A DNA stretch of 64,000 nucleotides from an uncultured virus (IMG/VR IMGVR_UViG_2822120212_000001) (Duplodnaviria > Heunggongvirae > Uroviricota > Caudoviricetes): the IMG/VR virus record IMGVR_UViG_2822120212_000001, positions 1-64,000 of that record; one strand, 5' to 3'. Below the pieces are notes generated by a model, which made no database searches, was not told the origin of the DNA, and was given only the letters and a program-made list of their open reading frames with translations. Shown one piece after another: positions 39,929-51,802 of this stretch (positions are counted from its first letter, which is position 1; the number at the start of each line of letters is the position of its first letter). The position numbers and the translations under genes are program-made.

Positions 39929-42900
39929 ATGGAATTATTCAAGATGTTTGGGTCAATCTTCTTAAAAGACGATCAGTTACAAAGAGGGTTGACTAATGCT
40001 GAAAGAAGCGGACAGAGAACTACTGGCATTTTAGGGCGTGGATTTGGACAAGTCGGGCAAGCGGCAGTTGGACTAGGGGCTTCTGTCGGAGGGGCAGCCA
40101 TTGCAATTGGTGGATTAGTAGGTATAGCTGTCGGTGTAGGTGCAGCTATTGCTGGTGTAGTTCATGTTGGTTCTGAGTATACGAAACAAATGTCAAAGGT
40201 AGAAGCGCTTTCTCGTTCAAACGGACTACAAATGGCTGAGCTTGGAGCTAATGCACGCAAATTAGGTGCTGAAACACGTTGGTCAGCTACAAACGTAGCT
40301 CAAGCCTATGAATATATGGCTCTTGCAGGTTGGGATTCTAACCAAATGATTGCAGCTAGTAAACCACTACTTGACTTAGCGACTGCTGGTGCGCTAGACC
40401 TTGCAAAAGCGAGTGACATTGTGACTAATTTTATTGGTCAGTTGCTAGGAAACTAGCTTCTAAAAATATCAGGTGAATTGCTGGAAGCCCTCCTTTATAT
40501 GGGTAATCAGCAGCCAAGCTTCACAGGGATGTGAAGAAGGTTCAACGACTAACACACGGAGTCTAGAACAGACAGTAAAGTGACACGAGCGCCTGACACC
40601 TTAACAGGAAATCTGAAGGTGATGATATAGTCTGAACTTACGCGATGGAAAAGTGTAAGAGGTAAAGGATAAAGAACCTTTACGATAACAAATTGGATAC
40701 AATGACTCCATTCGGAATGAAAGCTTCAGAAGCAGGACGAGCAGCTGATGTATTCGCATTAGCCCAAGCGACTGCTAATTTAAACGTTGAACAGCTTGGC
40801 GAGACTATGAAATATGCAGCTCCTGTAGCTGCTACATTCGGTTTAAACATCGAACAAACAGCTGCAATTGCTCAGATTTTTGCAAATAACGGTATTAAAG
40901 CTTCTATGGCTGGTACTGCATTACGTGCTGGCTTATCTCGATTAGCTGCACCGCCAAAAGAAGCGGCTAAATCATTATCAGCATTAAATGTGACAGTTAA
41001 AGATTCACAAGGTAACTTGAAACCAATGAATGAAATCATCGGGCAATTACACGATGGGTTTGGGAAGTTAACTGATGCTCAACAAATCGCTGCTGCAAAA
41101 GCAATTTTCGGTGAAGAAGCGTATGCGGGATGGATTCAAGTTATTAAGGGTGGTAAACCTGCCTTTGATGATATGGTAAATAACCTCGAAACAGCTGAAG
41201 GTTCTGCAAAAGTTATGGCTGAAACAATGGCAAATAACTTATCAGGCGCAGTCGATGGCGTTAAATCACAATTAGAAAATTTAGGACTTGTTGTTTTCTC
41301 GCACGTTGAGCCAGCACTTGTCGCAATGACAAACGGAACTAATAGTGCTGTTAAATCTCTTACTGACTGGCTTGATCCATCTGGGCGTGCTGTTGAAGCA
41401 GCTAAATTAATGCAACAAACTGATCAGCAGTTAGCCCAATCTAAAGCTATTCTTGATATGAATCTTAAAAAGGGGAAGATAACGCAACAAGAGTATAATG
41501 AAAAGCTAGCTTTGGCTAAGAAGCACGCTGAAGATATGATGAACGCAGATGGTATGTTAGCTCAGAAAAAAGAAGAGTTAAAAATGAAGGTCGAGGAAGG
41601 GTCCATGACTCAAGAGGAAGCCAACAAAATCCTCGATCAATCTGAAGTTGAATATCAAAAACTCCAACAAGGTATTGAACAAACGAGACAACGACAAGAA
41701 GCCATGAATAAAGTATTCGAACCACTTCGTGATGCGATTGGCATCATCCAACAAGTCGGCGCTGCTATTGAGCAATTCTGGATTGCGGCAACTGGGGATA
41801 GAAATGCACTGGTTGAAGGTTATGACATACTTACCAAACTAGGCTTTTCAGCTAATGCGATTCAGTTTATACAAGAAACTGCCGCTGCTGTGCAGTATGG
41901 CATAGAAACCATGAAAGCACTGATATCAGGGGACTGGGGAGCTGCTAGCAATTTCTTAGATAAGTTAGGGTTTTCACCTGAACAAAAAGCGAATATTATC
42001 ATGTTTGTTCAAGATGTACATGCTCAAATAAGTAATTTTATAGCGAATATGCAATCTGTAATATCCGCAGCTGCTCCTGTGATCATGGGAATTATCGGTG
42101 CAACGATAGATTTTATCAAAAATGTATGGGGCACAATCCTTCCATACGTGATGCCGTTACTAACTGATGTTCTTAACTTTGTGAACGGAATAATCTCGCA
42201 AATAGCTGCATTTTGGCAACAAAACGGTAACCAAATAGTACAAGCTGTACAAAATGCGTTTTCAATCATTCAATCTATTATAGCTTTTGTGATGCCAGTC
42301 GTGATGTCAATTGTACAATCTACCTGGTCTGCTATAAAAGATATTATCCAGGGTGCCGTAAATCTCATTATGGGGATTATAAAGCTTTTCGCATCTGTTT
42401 TAACCGGCGATTTTTCTGGAATGTGGGAAGGAATAAAGCAGATTTTTAATGGAGCCATCCAATTAATTTGGGGGCTTATTCAATTTGTGTTCGTTAAACA
42501 AATATTTAGTGCTGTAAAAGGGCTGGCATCTTCCTTTGGTTCTACGATTAGTAGTATGTGGTCTACTGTTGTTGGGTATTTCCAGACATTTATCAAGGAA
42601 CCAATCGCTTCTGTAGTTCGCATGGCATTTGATATCGGTGAAGCTGCCATGAAAATTAAAGACAAACTTATCAATCCGATTAAAGAAGCCTGGAGTGGAA
42701 TTATGGGTTGGATTGATAAAATTAAAAACGGTGTAGCGAATATGTTCAGCGGTATTCACATTCCAGTACCTAAAATCAGTGTAAATGGTTCTTTGAATCC
42801 TACGAAATGGGCAAGTGAAGGTCTACCATCTTTCGATGTTAAATGGGCAGCAAATGGCGCGTTAATCAAGCCTGGTAACCCTACACTTGTGGGCGTTGGC

Positions 42901-43134
42901 GATGCGCGTGGGTACGATGAAACAGTATTACCATTGCGTAAGCAAACGTTTGATGCTATCGCCAATGGAATCATGAGTTCATTACCATTAAAGCAACAGC
43001 AAGGAGCGCAATATGCATCGCAAGGGCCAACTGTTTTGCAAATTAATTTAAATGGCAGAGAAATAGCAAAAGAAATTTACTCTGATGTTAATGAATTCCA
43101 AGAACGCAAGAAAGAAAGATTGAAAGTATTTTAG
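39929..43134 (+). CDS. Tape measure protein, two exons (39929-40426 + 40696-43134; 978 aa spliced)
   Basis: TP901-type core; splicing restores ..ASDIVT|DTMTPFG.. in frame. Confidence 0.92.
40427..40695 (+). ncRNA. Group I self-splicing intron, 269 nt, no homing endonuclease
   Basis: P1 UGACU/GGUCA with U40426.G40436; P AAUUGCUGGAA 40476, Q AAUCAGCAGC 40505, R GUUCAACGACUAA 40540, S GAUAUAGUCU 40624; terminal G40695. Confidence 0.95.
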
Positions 43135-43146
43135 GTAGGTGATGAT

Positions 43147-44613
43147 ATGACCGGAATTAGTTTCTTTAGTTTTAACGGAAAAAGAAATTCAAATGTAATT
43201 CCATTGCAGGGTAAAAAGCGCCCTGCATGGGCTCCTTTGGAGCGTACATTTCTTGAAGTCCCACATTATCCAGGTGGTAGGTTACTGCGTACACAAACTA
43301 AAATGAGAAAAGTAATTGTACCAGTGGCATTATTATATGATTCGGCTGAAGAAGCTGAAAAACTAAAAGAAGAAATAGCAGATTGGCTCGTTACGGATCA
43401 ACCGTGCGAGCTTATTTTTGATGATGAAAAAGATCGTACATTTTTAGCTGTTGTAGATGAAACTTTGGATTTAAACCAGATAGTTAATATCGGCGAAGGA
43501 ACTTTAATTTTCATTTGTCCAATGCCATATAAATTAGGACCAATTCGAAATGCAAAAGTAAAACTAGAACCAAATAATACTATTAAAATGAATGTTTTGA
43601 ATGAAGGAAGTGTATTTTCAGAACCAAATTTCAAGATACAAGTAGAGAACCCTTCCACATTCATCGATATTATAAACAAAAATGGAGATCAACATTTTCG
43701 TATAGGGTATCCAGTTAAGGTAGATGAAACACCAATAAGTCGGTATGAATTGGTTATGCATGATAAGGCGAATTCTCTAGTAGGTTGGACGGAAGTGGGG
43801 AAAGATTTTGTTTCTGATTACGGAATTGTAGCAGGTAAAATGATAGCGGATGGCGCACGTATCATGCCATCTGATTACGGTCAAGGGCAATTTTGGCATG
43901 GGCCAGCGGTGAAAAAAAGCATTACAGGTGGACCGCTACAAGATTTCACACTTGATGCAATAGTTGAATGTCGAAACTTAAACCCTGAAACTATGGGACG
44001 TGTAGAACTTTATTTATTAGATGAAAGCAGCGTTGTAGTTGGAAAAGTAGGTATGTTCGATGCATATAGAAATTCTAGCGAAAATTTTGGTGAGGTTATG
44101 GCGGGAAACGGTGACTACAATCATCTAATTATAGCGGAAACTGGTTATTATCGTTCAACTTGGAATAATTTTTATGGACGTCTACACATTGCACGAGTAG
44201 GGAACTATTGGCAAGGTGATATTGCCTTGCTTGATGAAAAAGGAAATTACCATACAGAAAAATTCGCCCAATGGTGGGATACGGGCAATAGCTTTATGAA
44301 AAAGGTAGCTCAAATTGTTGTTCATATATGTTCGTTTAATGATGCACCATCATTAACTGCAGCTGTGCATGATATTAAAGTGCAAAAGGTAAATAGCAAT
44401 ACAGAACGTCAAATACCTTACATTGTTCAAAAAGGTGATCTTGTAGAAATCGATTCATCGGATGCAAGTATACGTATTAATGGAGCAGATGCAATTCATA
44501 CAAAAGATTTTATGAGTGACTATATACGTGTAGAAAAAGGCAATAATGATATCGAAATATTCCCTAACAACATTGGACAGGTAGATGCCACATATAGGGA
44601 GCGTTACAAATGA
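43147..44613 (+). CDS. Distal tail protein (Dit) with inserted domain
   Basis: FSFNG start, ELIFDDEKDR, FICPMPY; longer than a minimal Dit. Confidence 0.85.
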   Translation: MTGISFFSFNGKRNSNVIPLQGKKRPAWAPLERTFLEVPHYPGGRLLRTQTKMRKVIVPVALLYDSAEEAEKLKEEIADWLVTDQPCELIFDDEKDRTFLAVVDETLDLNQIVNIGEGTLIFICPMPYKLGPIRNAKVKLEPNNTIKMNVLNEGSVFSEPNFKIQVENPSTFIDIINKNGDQHFRIGYPVKVDETPISRYELVMHDKANSLVGWTEVGKDFVSDYGIVAGKMIADGARIMPSDYGQGQFWHGPAVKKSITGGPLQDFTLDAIVECRNLNPETMGRVELYLLDESSVVVGKVGMFDAYRNSSENFGEVMAGNGDYNHLIIAETGYYRSTWNNFYGRLHIARVGNYWQGDIALLDEKGNYHTEKFAQWWDTGNSFMKKVAQIVVHICSFNDAPSLTAAVHDIKVQKVNSNTERQIPYIVQKGDLVEIDSSDASIRINGADAIHTKDFMSDYIRVEKGNNDIEIFPNNIGQVDATYRERYK

Positions 44614-47600
44614 GTAAAGCAAATAATCTATTACACATTGTGGATTTCAAAACAGAGAAAATCATTGGTGTTATTCAAGAAAAAGACTACTGGAACGATA
44701 TTCGCCAGTGGGAGCTTAAAAATAATATAGACCAATTAGAGTTCAATACAATGGACGGAACAAAAATATCAGCTTCTCTTGTACAGCAAAACCTTATCGT
44801 AAAACAAACTAGAGATGGTACTTTTGTTTCTTACGTTATTACGGAAGCAGAGCAAGATTCAGTAGAACGCTCTAAAAAAATTCACGCACTTGGAGAACAT
44901 ACAAAGTTAAAGAAAGCGGCAGTAATTAAGCCACAGACCTTACAAGCATCCACAATTAATCAGGCTGTTGATTTCGCCTTGGAAGGGACTGAGTGGAAGC
45001 GTGGGGACACTGAGTATAGTGGTATACGGACTATTCATATTAAGGATTTCACAAACCCGCTTGATTTCTTAAAACAAATCGCATCTACTTTTGAACTTGA
45101 GATTCGTTTTAGAACAGAAATACAGGGTTCTTTTATTGTCGGTCGTTATGTAGATTTAATAAAAAAGATTGGCCGTGACAATGGGAAAGAATTCGTACTA
45201 GGAAAAGATGTACAAGGCATACGTCGTATTGAGAATAGCCAAAATGTAGTAACCGCTCTTGTAGGTGTTGGGCCATCTAAAGAAAATCCTGATACTGGGA
45301 AAGAAGAGTTTCTGACTTTTGAAGATATCAACGGTGGAAAGTTGTACGTAAGTAATAACGATGCGTTACAACGTTGGTCGAAAGACGGCAAGCATTTATT
45401 TGATATTTATTCACCGCAAACAGAAGATCAAGATATGACAAAGCAACGACTCAAACAGTTAACTGAAGCAGAATTAAAGAAGCGAATTAATAGTTCTACT
45501 TTATATGAAGTTGATGCAGTTGCACTTGAAAGAGTGTTCGGTTTATCTCATGAAGCGGTTCATAAAGGCGATACGGTACGAATAAAAGATACCGGGTTTA
45601 GTCCACCACTTTTCTTAGAAGCCAGGTTAATCGCAGCTGATGAATGTGACACTGATCCATCAAAAGATAAATATATCTTTGGTGACTATCGTGAAATTGC
45701 AGATACACGAAGCCTTATCGATAGGTTATACGCACAAATCATGGGTAGCTTATCAAATAAAGCATCTAAAGAATTACTAGATTTGTTAGATAAGAAACTT
45801 CAAGAAAATGTAACAGAAACAGAAGTCATTCGAAAAGAGTCGGAAGCAGCGAAGAAAATTGCTGAACAAGTGGCTGAAAACTTGAAGAATAATACCGTTG
45901 ATATTATTGAAGGCGTAAATCCACCAACAGCAAACTTAAAGGATAGAAAGACGTTGTGGCAAGATATTAGTAAAGGGAAACCGGGTATTCTGAAATTGTG
46001 GAAGGATGGCAAATGGGATCCTGTTATTCCTGATGTGGAATCCGTTAAGAAAGAAACGTTGGAACAAGTGAGCAAAGATATCGAGACCACAAAAAGCGAA
46101 TTAAATCAAAAGGTTCAAGAAGCGCAAAAACAAGCAACAGGGCAATTTAATGAAGTGAAAGAAAGCTTACAAGGTGTTAGTCGTATCATTTCTGATGTGC
46201 AAAATAAACAGGGTGAAATTGATAAAAAGGTAACAAAGTTTGAGCAGGATTCTAATGGGTTTAAATTATCTATTGAATCGTTAACTAAAAAAGATACTGA
46301 TATCAGCAATAAATTAAATACAGTCGAGCAAACAGCGGAAGGTACGAAAAAGACAATTTCCTCTGTGCAAGAGACGATAAATAGTTTTGAATCAGGTTCA
46401 AGAAACTTTCAGAAAAACGGTTCGTTTGCTGATGAAATACATGGATGGGGGCAATATGTAGCTTCTGGTCAACCGACAAATCAAAAACCAACACTTACGG
46501 TTATTGATGATAGTTTATCAGGTACAAAAAAAGCTGCAACAATTAAATTTATTGATAATTGGTCAAATGGTTTCTATAATCCACACACAGTGAAATTAAC
46601 ACCAGGTGAAGAGTATACATGGTTCGTATTTCTTAAAGCTAACAAAGCTGGAAAGATTTCAGTCGGTAGCGAGCAAAGTGGTAGTGGTACTCGCATACTA
46701 GACGTTACTACTACGGGAGCTTACTATTTTCATACTTTTAAAGCATCTGAAACCGGTGCATCAGCATTTAGGATATATTCGCTTGCAGAATTAAAAAACG
46801 TAGATTTCTCTGTCACAGTAAAAGATTTAGTTCTTGTGAAAGGTAATATAAAACCTGCTGCATGGTTTCCTGCACCAGAAGATCAAGTTGCTCTACCAGA
46901 TTTCAAAAAAGTAACAACTGAAATTACGGAGCAAGCTGGAAAGATTAGTGAGAAGTTAACAAGTGTAGAAAAGAAATTTGATGAGCAAGAAATAGGAGTG
47001 CGTAATTTAATATCAGACACGAAATATTGGGAAACAACACAAGTAGCTTCAAATTCAGCGTATGGAATATTTAAATATGATTTAAATCCATTGTTTAGTA
47101 CATTAGTTGAGCAAACTGTTACCTTCAGTTTCGAAGTGAAAATTATCACGAATGATAACACTGAGGGAAGGGTTCAATTTTATGGTGCTAATGGTTCTCC
47201 AAAATATACTTTTGCTCAAAAAGTTTTTACAGGCATAAATAAAGATTTTCAGAGGGTTACTTACACTACTAAAATTCAGGAGATTCCTAGTAACGCTGGA
47301 CAAGCAAGAATAGAGTTTTGGGGAATAGATGCTAAAACAACAAAAATCATTATTCAAAACTTTAAACTTGAAAAGGGGAACAAAGCCACTGGATGGACAC
47401 CTGCACCAGAAGATCAAGTAACAAATGATGAATTCACAAAAAAAACAACCGAGATTGAAAAAAGTGTGATTGGAATCAAAGAAACAGTAACAAAAGTAGA
47501 CAATAATCAAAGTGGATTTGATAAGCGTGTAACAGCAGTAGAGAAAACCGCTGAAGGTATTTCTCAAAACGTTACCAAGTTACAAGAAACACAAACGACA

Positions 47601-49670
47601 CAAGGTAAACAGATTACTGAAGCACAATCTACAATTAAACAACATTCTGATGCGCTGAATTTAGCTGTAAAAATGAAAGATGTTGAAGATTACGTTGGAG
47701 GAATTGGTAACCAAACGGTTTTACGCAATGTTTTGTGGAAAAACGACACGAAATATTGGCAATTAACTTCAAACGCAGCAAGAGATACACAAGTAACTTA
47801 TAAGGGGTGCAATTCACTTAGTGTTATCACTACAGGTAATGCGAGTAATTTGTATAAAGGGGCATCACACGATTATATAAACGCTGGGCCTGGATGGAAT
47901 TATGTTTTCTCTGCTTACTTTTATACAGATAATAAAGCTAGTATAGATGCCGGAGCTGCTATCGAACTTCAGTGTTACGATGTAAACAATAAAATGATTA
48001 AAAATTACTTACAAGAAATAACTATTTCACAAGGTACATGGATTCGTACACATGTGGCAGGGCTATTAGTCGAAGGCACAAAGAAAGTTAAAGTGCTGTT
48101 TTGGGTTCGTAAAAATGGTCGTCTATGGATGGCGCAACCTATGCTACAAATTGGTGAAAAACCATCATCATTTATGGAAAATCCAGCTGATATTGCTGGT
48201 ACGGATGAATTAATCGAAGAAGTGGGAAAGAAAGTAGCTACACTAGATTACAATCAGAAAACAACTGAACTAGAGCGTCTTATTTCTGCCAATGCGCAGG
48301 GGATTAGTCTTGCTGCAGTAAAAAACGAAGTATATACAAAACAACAGGCTGACGGAAAATATGCGGATAAAGCGTATGTAGAAAAACAAGCAGGACGTAT
48401 TGACGTAACTGAAAAAGCGATTACTAGTACCGTCCAAAAAGGCGATATTATCTCGGCTATTAACCAGACGGCAGAACAGATTCAAATTGATGTTGCGAAG
48501 TTGAAAATCAACGCTGATACCATTGTAAAATGGCTCACTGCAACAGGTATTAATGCAGATGTAATTAAAATCGAAAATGGGAAAGTTACGATCGATAAGA
48601 ATGGTATTACAGCAAAAATGGCTGACTTCTTTTTTGAAGATGAGCGCGGGCAGAAATTTTCAGTAACACCAAGAACGAATCTCATTCCAGATCATGACTT
48701 TTCACACATTTCTTTTACTACTGTTAATAATAATTTTTTGAAGATCGAATACAGTCCTACATGGACAATTATGTCTAGTCCATATATTGAGAAACCAGTG
48801 GTTAATAATTATGAGCCAATGGTTAATCCGATGCGGATAGATTTAGGAAACTGGATTCGATTTACATTATTTGAAGGGGTAAAACCAGGTAAGAAATACA
48901 CATTGTCGGCTCATTTCAGAGCAACTACCAATGATAATCGTGTAAACATTACAAACAAGCCAATCATGAGAGCGGTATTCGGTAAATATAACGGTGACAC
49001 TCCCGTGGAGCTTGGACGAGCATCAAAAACTTACGATGCACCAAGCATTCAAACTGGAAAAATAGTAAGATACGCTTTAACCTTCACTGTTCCGAGCAAC
49101 TATGTAGAAGGAAATGGGTATGTTTATATCGATTTATTTGGCGAGGGGCTCTTAAATAATATGCAAGCAATTGCTGTATCAGGTGTTCAGTTGGTGGAAG
49201 GTGACGTTCCTTCCGTTTATAACTGGGATACAACACATGGACAACTCGTAAACGGAACACTGCCTTTTTCTACAATTGCACTTGGTACAAAAGATAATGT
49301 TATTTACCACAATCATGTGAACAAATGGAACTATATGAATGCGCCACTTGAAATCATAAGTAATGGCGAAATGATGGCACTCGTTGGAAGCGATCGTGCA
49401 GGACTCAGTTTTTATCCCCGTGGCGGTGGAGAACGTAGAAGTTACATCGGTCACATTTACAACAATGAAAATAGATTTCGGATTGAATCAAAAGATCCTG
49501 TTGCAACGACACAATCAATTGAATGTAATGGGATTAACGTATGTGGTGGATACTTTGGTGCTAATGCAGGTTCTATTCATTATACAAATGGTAGCTTAGG
49601 TTTAGGGTGGTATTTCCATGATGGCCGATGGAATTATGTTGATTTCACAAATATGACTTCTAGAACATAG
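44610..49670 (+). CDS. Tail spike / host-specificity protein (Tal + coiled coil + carbohydrate-binding-like modules)
   Basis: N-terminal tail endopeptidase-like region; repeated RN(L/F)...W.PAPEDQ modules. Confidence 0.85.
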   Translation: MSKANNLLHIVDFKTEKIIGVIQEKDYWNDIRQWELKNNIDQLEFNTMDGTKISASLVQQNLIVKQTRDGTFVSYVITEAEQDSVERSKKIHALGEHTKLKKAAVIKPQTLQASTINQAVDFALEGTEWKRGDTEYSGIRTIHIKDFTNPLDFLKQIASTFELEIRFRTEIQGSFIVGRYVDLIKKIGRDNGKEFVLGKDVQGIRRIENSQNVVTALVGVGPSKENPDTGKEEFLTFEDINGGKLYVSNNDALQRWSKDGKHLFDIYSPQTEDQDMTKQRLKQLTEAELKKRINSSTLYEVDAVALERVFGLSHEAVHKGDTVRIKDTGFSPPLFLEARLIAADECDTDPSKDKYIFGDYREIADTRSLIDRLYAQIMGSLSNKASKELLDLLDKKLQENVTETEVIRKESEAAKKIAEQVAENLKNNTVDIIEGVNPPTANLKDRKTLWQDISKGKPGILKLWKDGKWDPVIPDVESVKKETLEQVSKDIETTKSELNQKVQEAQKQATGQFNEVKESLQGVSRIISDVQNKQGEIDKKVTKFEQDSNGFKLSIESLTKKDTDISNKLNTVEQTAEGTKKTISSVQETINSFESGSRNFQKNGSFADEIHGWGQYVASGQPTNQKPTLTVIDDSLSGTKKAATIKFIDNWSNGFYNPHTVKLTPGEEYTWFVFLKANKAGKISVGSEQSGSGTRILDVTTTGAYYFHTFKASETGASAFRIYSLAELKNVDFSVTVKDLVLVKGNIKPAAWFPAPEDQVALPDFKKVTTEITEQAGKISEKLTSVEKKFDEQEIGVRNLISDTKYWETTQVASNSAYGIFKYDLNPLFSTLVEQTVTFSFEVKIITNDNTEGRVQFYGANGSPKYTFAQKVFTGINKDFQRVTYTTKIQEIPSNAGQARIEFWGIDAKTTKIIIQNFKLEKGNKATGWTPAPEDQVTNDEFTKKTTEIEKSVIGIKETVTKVDNNQSGFDKRVTAVEKTAEGISQNVTKLQETQTTQGKQITEAQSTIKQHSDALNLAVKMKDVEDYVGGIGNQTVLRNVLWKNDTKYWQLTSNAARDTQVTYKGCNSLSVITTGNASNLYKGASHDYINAGPGWNYVFSAYFYTDNKASIDAGAAIELQCYDVNNKMIKNYLQEITISQGTWIRTHVAGLLVEGTKKVKVLFWVRKNGRLWMAQPMLQIGEKPSSFMENPADIAGTDELIEEVGKKVATLDYNQKTTELERLISANAQGISLAAVKNEVYTKQQADGKYADKAYVEKQAGRIDVTEKAITSTVQKGDIISAINQTAEQIQIDVAKLKINADTIVKWLTATGINADVIKIENGKVTIDKNGITAKMADFFFEDERGQKFSVTPRTNLIPDHDFSHISFTTVNNNFLKIEYSPTWTIMSSPYIEKPVVNNYEPMVNPMRIDLGNWIRFTLFEGVKPGKKYTLSAHFRATTNDNRVNITNKPIMRAVFGKYNGDTPVELGRASKTYDAPSIQTGKIVRYALTFTVPSNYVEGNGYVYIDLFGEGLLNNMQAIAVSGVQLVEGDVPSVYNWDTTHGQLVNGTLPFSTIALGTKDNVIYHNHVNKWNYMNAPLEIISNGEMMALVGSDRAGLSFYPRGGGERRSYIGHIYNNENRFRIESKDPVATTQSIECNGINVCGGYFGANAGSIHYTNGSLGLGWYFHDGRWNYVDFTNMTSRT

Positions 49671-49678
49671 AGAGGGAG

Positions 49679-50083
49679 ATGAGTATGAACCCAGACAAAT
49701 TTATGCGTCCAATGCCACCTAATGAACAGTCACCATTCTTAGGTAGAGTAGTTGATTTGAAGAAAGGTGAAAATCAAGTCACCGTTAGCATTCCAAACGA
49801 TATGCTAGAATTTTGCGGTATCAAAGAAGATACAAAAGTAGAAGTTTGGGGGCTTCCTGATGGTACGCTGAGTATTCGCATTGCTACTGCATGTGACTTA
49901 TGTAATAAGGGTGGCAGAGTTTACGAGATTGAGCTTTTCGGTAAAGTAAGTCATATCTGTGCAGACGATTATGTAAAGCTAACTGGAAAGAGACCAGGGG
50001 CTTCTGATGAAGTAACAATTGAACATGTGGAAGAAGTAGAAAATAGAGTAATAGAGGGGGCATTATCAGCAGATCAGTATTAA
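49679..50083 (+). CDS. AbrB/MazE-like protein
   Basis: GRVV...VSIP...GIKEDTKVEV + CxxC...C. Confidence 0.6.
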   Translation: MSMNPDKFMRPMPPNEQSPFLGRVVDLKKGENQVTVSIPNDMLEFCGIKEDTKVEVWGLPDGTLSIRIATACDLCNKGGRVYEIELFGKVSHICADDYVKLTGKRPGASDEVTIEHVEEVENRVIEGALSADQY

Positions 50084-50195
50084 CTAAATACATGTAAGCA
50101 AGTAGGGCAGCCCTGAGCTGTTTTTAATTTTGAATAAAATATTGTTTTTATAACAAAGAGGAGCGATTTCGCTGCTCTTTTTATTTTGAAATGAG

Positions 50196-50429
50196 GTGGT
50201 TAAAGTGGAAGGGTTACAAGAGGTAAAAGGCGATGTTCAAGAAATTAAGCAAGAAATTAAGGAAATAAGGTTAGAGATTAAAAGTTTGGAGATGCGTACA
50301 ACAGGCAACGAGAAAGATATTGATAATATCAACAAGCAACTAGATAAAATTAGCGCAAATACTACCTGGATTTTACGACTTATTGTAGGTGGACTTGTTG
50401 GGGCTGCTCTTACTTTCTTATTGAAATGA
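50196..50429 (+). CDS. XhlA-family holin accessory protein
   Basis: Coiled coil + NTTWILRLIVG TM. Confidence 0.85.
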   Translation: MVKVEGLQEVKGDVQEIKQEIKEIRLEIKSLEMRTTGNEKDIDNINKQLDKISANTTWILRLIVGGLVGAALTFLLK

Positions 50430-50440
50430 GGTGGTATGTA

Positions 50441-50680
50441 ATGTTTGAAATTACAGTAATGATTGGCATTGTAGTAGGTCTTTCGCAAATTGGAAAAACA
50501 ATTGGATTACAAACAAAATATGTTCCGTTACTAAATTTAACGCTTGGCATTGTGCTAGGCGTTTTATTTTTGGCCGGAGATATCAAAACAAATGTATTTC
50601 AAAGAATCATCATCGGACTGTCAGCAAGTGGACTATTTGATCACACAAAAATTATGAAAAAGGATGTTGATGAAAAATGA
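50441..50680 (+). CDS. Holin
   Basis: KYVPLLNL.LG, GLSASGLFD. Confidence 0.85.
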   Translation: MFEITVMIGIVVGLSQIGKTIGLQTKYVPLLNLTLGIVLGVLFLAGDIKTNVFQRIIIGLSASGLFDHTKIMKKDVDEK

Positions 50681-51741
50681 AAAAGACATTAAAACATATT
50701 TCTTCTATAGTCTTTGCGGTTATTTTAGTTTTATCTATTGCAACAAGTGCTTTTGCTGATAGAACGCTTATTATTCCTGATTTACCTAAACAACCATATC
50801 GTTACGGTGTTGGTGCTTACGAGGGCGTTGTAGCTCATTCTACGGCGACTCCAGAAGCTCCAGCTATTAACATTCAAAAATATGAATCTCGTACATGGAG
50901 AAATGCATTCGTTCATTATGCAGTCGATTGGAATGAAACAATCCAAATTGCTGATACAAAGTACATTGCTTATGGTGGTGGACCTGCTGCGAATAAGCGT
51001 TTTGTCCACGTTGAATTATGTGAAACAGCAGACTATGCAAAATTCAAACGTTCATATGAAAAATACGTAAAACTTTTAGCGGAAATTTTAAAAGATAACA
51101 AGATATCTGTAGAAAAAGGATTGTGGACACATAGCGATGTAACTCATCACCTTGGCGGTACAGATCATGAAGATCCAATTGATTACTTAAAGTCTCATGG
51201 CGTTTCAGAAGCTCAATTTAGAGCGGATGTACAACGAGCATATAATAATTCTAGTGCTGATGTTTCTGTTCCTGAAAAACCATCTAAACCAGAAGAAGTA
51301 CCAACAGCTGTAACAGACGGTATTGCTTATATTGAAGGCTACAACGTTAATTTACGTAAAGGACCTGGTACAAGTTATTCTAAGATTCGTCAACTAAACA
51401 AACCAGAATCTTATATTGTGTGGGCGGAAAAGGATGGTTGGTTAAATCTCGGTGGAGATCAGTGGATTAAGAACGATTCATCTTATGTGAAGTTTAATAA
51501 GAAAAGTACAGTAGATTCTTCTATTGTTGGAAAGCGTGTTGTTTCAAAAGTTAACAATCTACGTTTCTATGATGCTCCATCTTGGCAGGATAAAGATGTT
51601 GCTGGTTCTGTAGATACTGGTTTAGGATTCACAATTGATGCAAAAGTAAGGGTAAATGGCTCACCGCAATATAAAGTACACAATAGTAAAGGTAAAACAT
51701 ACTATGTAACAGCAAATGAAGCCTATGTGTATGTGAAATAA
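50677..51741 (+). CDS. Endolysin, N-acetylmuramoyl-L-alanine amidase with signal peptide and SH3-like domains
   Basis: VAHSTAT, HVELC, THSDV..GGTDHEDP; VNLRKGPGT. Confidence 0.92.
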   Translation: MKKTLKHISSIVFAVILVLSIATSAFADRTLIIPDLPKQPYRYGVGAYEGVVAHSTATPEAPAINIQKYESRTWRNAFVHYAVDWNETIQIADTKYIAYGGGPAANKRFVHVELCETADYAKFKRSYEKYVKLLAEILKDNKISVEKGLWTHSDVTHHLGGTDHEDPIDYLKSHGVSEAQFRADVQRAYNNSSADVSVPEKPSKPEEVPTAVTDGIAYIEGYNVNLRKGPGTSYSKIRQLNKPESYIVWAEKDGWLNLGGDQWIKNDSSYVKFNKKSTVDSSIVGKRVVSKVNNLRFYDAPSWQDKDVAGSVDTGLGFTIDAKVRVNGSPQYKVHNSKGKTYYVTANEAYVYVK

Positions 51742-51802
51742 CAAGAAAAAGGGGAGCTACTCATAGAGTAGCTCCCCTTTTTTATAGTTCTATTTTTATA
51801 TT

